Of a stretch of 10,094 nt of DNA, positions 8,115 to 10,094 are shown piece after piece. The stretch is from contig JBDGQO010000048.1 of the NCBI GenBank assembly GCA_042219045.1, forward strand, positions 1 through 10,094, written 5' to 3'. Position 1 is the stretch's first letter, and each line of letters begins with the position of its first letter. Below the pieces are notes generated by a model. It was not told the origin of the DNA, searched no databases, and worked only from the letters and a program-made list of their open reading frames with translations. This stretch comes from Candidatus Bipolaricaulia bacterium. GTDB lineage: Bacteria; Bipolaricaulota; Bipolaricaulia; RBG-16-55-9. Made by a program: the position numbers and the translations under genes.

Positions 8115-8144
8115 CCATGGCGGCTGAGTGCCGCTTCGCTTCCA

Positions 8145-8312
8145 GGTCGGTCTCGCATCCGCACAGAGCTCGCCCTAGCGGCAAAGAGGTCCCGCCCTTC
8201 CGGCTTAAGGGGGAAATCCGGGAAGGGCGGGGTCTCCAAGGAGGTCCGTTATGTCCGGCGCGTTCGAAATCAGGGTCGTTCTCAACCATACCGATAACGG
8301 ATGCGGACGATC
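8145..8312. ncRNA. Candidate structured ncRNA (rod-like, possibly 6S-like); unverified
   Basis: Three nested helices found by eye: 8145-8161/8298-8312 (core CGCATCCG/CGGATGCG), 8165-8176/8272-8282 and an apical hairpin 8186-8236. G-U pairs favour the + strand. Family not established. Confidence 0.35.
8186..8236. repeat. Strong inverted repeat / hairpin
   Basis: GAGGTCCCGCCCTTCCGG ... CCGGGAAGGGCGGGGTCTC has a perfect 11-bp core (CCCGCCCTTCC/GGAAGGGCGGG), extendable to about 18 bp with two G-U pairs and one bulge. No U-tract on either side. Confidence 0.85.
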
Positions 8313-8385
8313 CGTAAGGAGGCTTACACCAAACGGCGTGGATTGGGCCCAGCCGACGATGGCCCGGGCTGGCGGCGCAGCGGCA

Positions 8386-10050
8386 TTAATCGCCGCTGCC
8401 TGCCATCGATCGGATCGATTCGTCCCAGAGCCGAATGCGGTTTTTGCCGGCCTGTTTGGCCGCATAGAGGGCGTCGTCGGCGCGTTCCAGGAGCGTTGAG
8501 GGCTCCATGGCGACCTCAGCGGGGCCATGAACGATGCCGATACTGACAGTAGTCGACATGTCCTGACGCGGCGCCAGCGTCTGTTCATCGACCGAGCGGC
8601 GGATTCGCTCGGCGACCGCTTGACACTGTTCGGGCGACGTATCGCGGAGGACAACGACGAACTCATCGCCGCCGTAGCGTCCGAGGATATCGTTCGCTCG
8701 AATCAGCGTCTGAATCCGCTTCGTGAGTTCACGCAGTACGGTATCGCCGATAGGATGGCCGTGGGAGTCGTTGACCGCTTTGAAGCCGTCGAGGTCAATC
8801 AGAATCATGCCCACGGTTTCGCCGGCTTGGCCAGCGTCTTTCAGGATCTCTCCGGCTTGGCGCTCAACGTGCTGGCGATTGTAGACGCCCGTCAAGGGAT
8901 CCCGTGCCGCCAGCCTGCGCAGCTCCTGTTCGGTCTCCTTGCGACGCTCCATCTCCTCTTGGAGCGAGACGTTCTCTGAGCGATAGCTCTCGATCTGCTT
9001 CTGGGCCTGCTCAACCTCGTGCTGGATTTGAAGAGCCCTCATGTGCTGATCCGATCGCTCATTGAAGATTTGCGTATTTAGTTGATGAAATTCTTCATGG
9101 TGATGGAGTGCACGCTCAAAGTTGCCGTGGGCCTTGTGCAATTGCGCGAGCCGGTGATGAGCGTCCGCCTGGCGCAGCGGCGAGTCGAGTGCTTCGGCAA
9201 CCCGGAGCGCTTTGTGAAATTCGTCAAGGGCAATGTCCACATTGCCCTCGCGTTCGCTCAGGCGTCCGAGTTCAACGCAGAAATCGAACCTTGACGCCTG
9301 AATGCCATCGGCGTTGGCTCGTGCCAGACCTTGCTCGAGGTACATGCGGGCCTCCTCGAGGCGGTCGAGGTCCATCCTGATAACTCCAGCAGTGTGGATG
9401 CTGTCGAGGCTACGGGCTTGCGAATCGTAGTGATCGTAAATAGCTAGGGCTTGGTCGCTATAAGCCAACGCCGTTTCAGAATGTCCCTTGAGATAGTAAG
9501 TGTAAGCAACGTTGTTGAGGGAGTCGGCATAGAATACGGGAGAATCTTCCTCGTTGGAGAATTTCAACATCTCATACGCGCTACTCAGCGCTGAGTCGTA
9601 ATCACCTCGATCAAGATAGACCCCACCAATCGTCATGAGCAGACCGATGTAGTAGTTCGTATCGTTGAGGCTTTTCGCTATGTCCACGTACGGCAGCGCA
9701 TGTTCCAGAGCTTGCGGGAAGTCGTTCATTTGGCGATAGCTTTGACTGACGAGGTACGCAGTGAAGACCTGACCCTTCGCGTCGTTGAGGTCGCGATAGA
9801 TCTCCGAGGCGCGCAATCCTTGTTCAAGCGCTCGCAGCAACTCGCCCTTAAGCAGCCGGCCGTAGCCCAGCAAACTGAGGCTGTCGGCTTGGCCCTTCGC
9901 ATAGCCTGTATCATTGGCCATAGACAGGGCCCGCTGGGCCCAATCGTGAGCCGTAGCAATATCCTTAGAGCGAATCTCCCAAGCCTCGGCGTTCAGCTCG
10001 TCGATCTCCCGGACGCGGTCCTCCTGAGGCGTGACGTCACAGCCGTTCAT
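8386..10050 (-). CDS. TPR-repeat diguanylate cyclase (TPR - coiled coil - GGDEF)
   Basis: N-terminal helical TPR-like repeats (ADSLSLLGYG, ADSLNNVAYTY, ADAHHRLAQL), a coiled-coil linker, then RDPLTGVYNR, IDLDGFKAVNDSHGHPIGDTVL, GRYGGDEF, TVSIG and ADDALYAAKQAGKNR. Confidence 0.95.
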   Translation of the reverse strand: MNGCDVTPQEDRVREIDELNAEAWEIRSKDIATAHDWAQRALSMANDTGYAKGQADSLSLLGYGRLLKGELLRALEQGLRASEIYRDLNDAKGQVFTAYLVSQSYRQMNDFPQALEHALPYVDIAKSLNDTNYYIGLLMTIGGVYLDRGDYDSALSSAYEMLKFSNEEDSPVFYADSLNNVAYTYYLKGHSETALAYSDQALAIYDHYDSQARSLDSIHTAGVIRMDLDRLEEARMYLEQGLARANADGIQASRFDFCVELGRLSEREGNVDIALDEFHKALRVAEALDSPLRQADAHHRLAQLHKAHGNFERALHHHEEFHQLNTQIFNERSDQHMRALQIQHEVEQAQKQIESYRSENVSLQEEMERRKETEQELRRLAARDPLTGVYNRQHVERQAGEILKDAGQAGETVGMILIDLDGFKAVNDSHGHPIGDTVLRELTKRIQTLIRANDILGRYGGDEFVVVLRDTSPEQCQAVAERIRRSVDEQTLAPRQDMSTTVSIGIVHGPAEVAMEPSTLLERADDALYAAKQAGKNRIRLWDESIRSMAGSGD

Positions 10051-10094
10051 GGCCCGGAGGGATCCTTGTGGATGCTCAATATCACGATCACGTT

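Noticed and set aside
8210..8345. Cluster of GGA motifs suggesting a CsrB/RsmZ-type sRNA
   Set aside because: Most GGAs fall in predicted stems rather than in loops of short repeated hairpins, and the enrichment is modest for this composition.
8345..8372. GC-rich stem (CCAGCC/GGCTGG) after the cyclase stop as an intrinsic terminator
   Set aside because: Short stem, large loop and no adjacent U-tract on the minus strand.
8131..8385. c-di-GMP riboswitch next to the cyclase
   Set aside because: Only an isolated GGCAAA is present. I could not build the two-hairpin tetraloop/receptor architecture, and the region is downstream of the cyclase, not in its leader.
9583..9596. Perfect 14-bp palindrome ACTCAGCGCTGAGT sharing a core with the repeat upstream of the tRNA
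   Set aside because: It lies mid-CDS (encoding DSALS) as a single instance with different spacing, so it is plausibly chance.
8002..10094. tRNA-anchored genomic island containing the cyclase
   Set aside because: The lower-GC gene lies on the 5' side of the tRNA, while integration normally targets the 3' end. No integrase or duplicated tRNA 3' fragment is visible.
1..10094. CRISPR array, transposase, toxin-antitoxin or defence genes
   Set aside because: No regularly spaced direct repeats or relevant protein motifs were seen, and nearly all sequence is explained by the listed genes.

Overview
GC-rich bacterial window, mostly on the minus strand. Reading from right to left there is a TPR-repeat GGDEF diguanylate cyclase (8386-10050), a ~300-nt structured intergenic region, a tRNA-Arg(CCT) gene without an encoded CCA (8002-8075) and a PPP-family metallophosphatase (7168-7947). 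The phosphatase converges on a stand-alone plus-strand prfA (6067-7161). Divergent from prfA is a complete HAAT/Liv-type ABC importer operon: two tandem paralogous Tat-exported substrate-binding proteins, LivH-, LivM-, LivG- and LivF-like subunits, and a translationally coupled small membrane protein that the ORF track missed and that runs off the left edge. No integrase, transposase, CRISPR array or defence gene is visible. The best candidate for something unannotated is a ~170-nt rod-like RNA fold at 8145-8312 (possibly 6S-like). All calls come from reading motifs by eye; no database searches were run.
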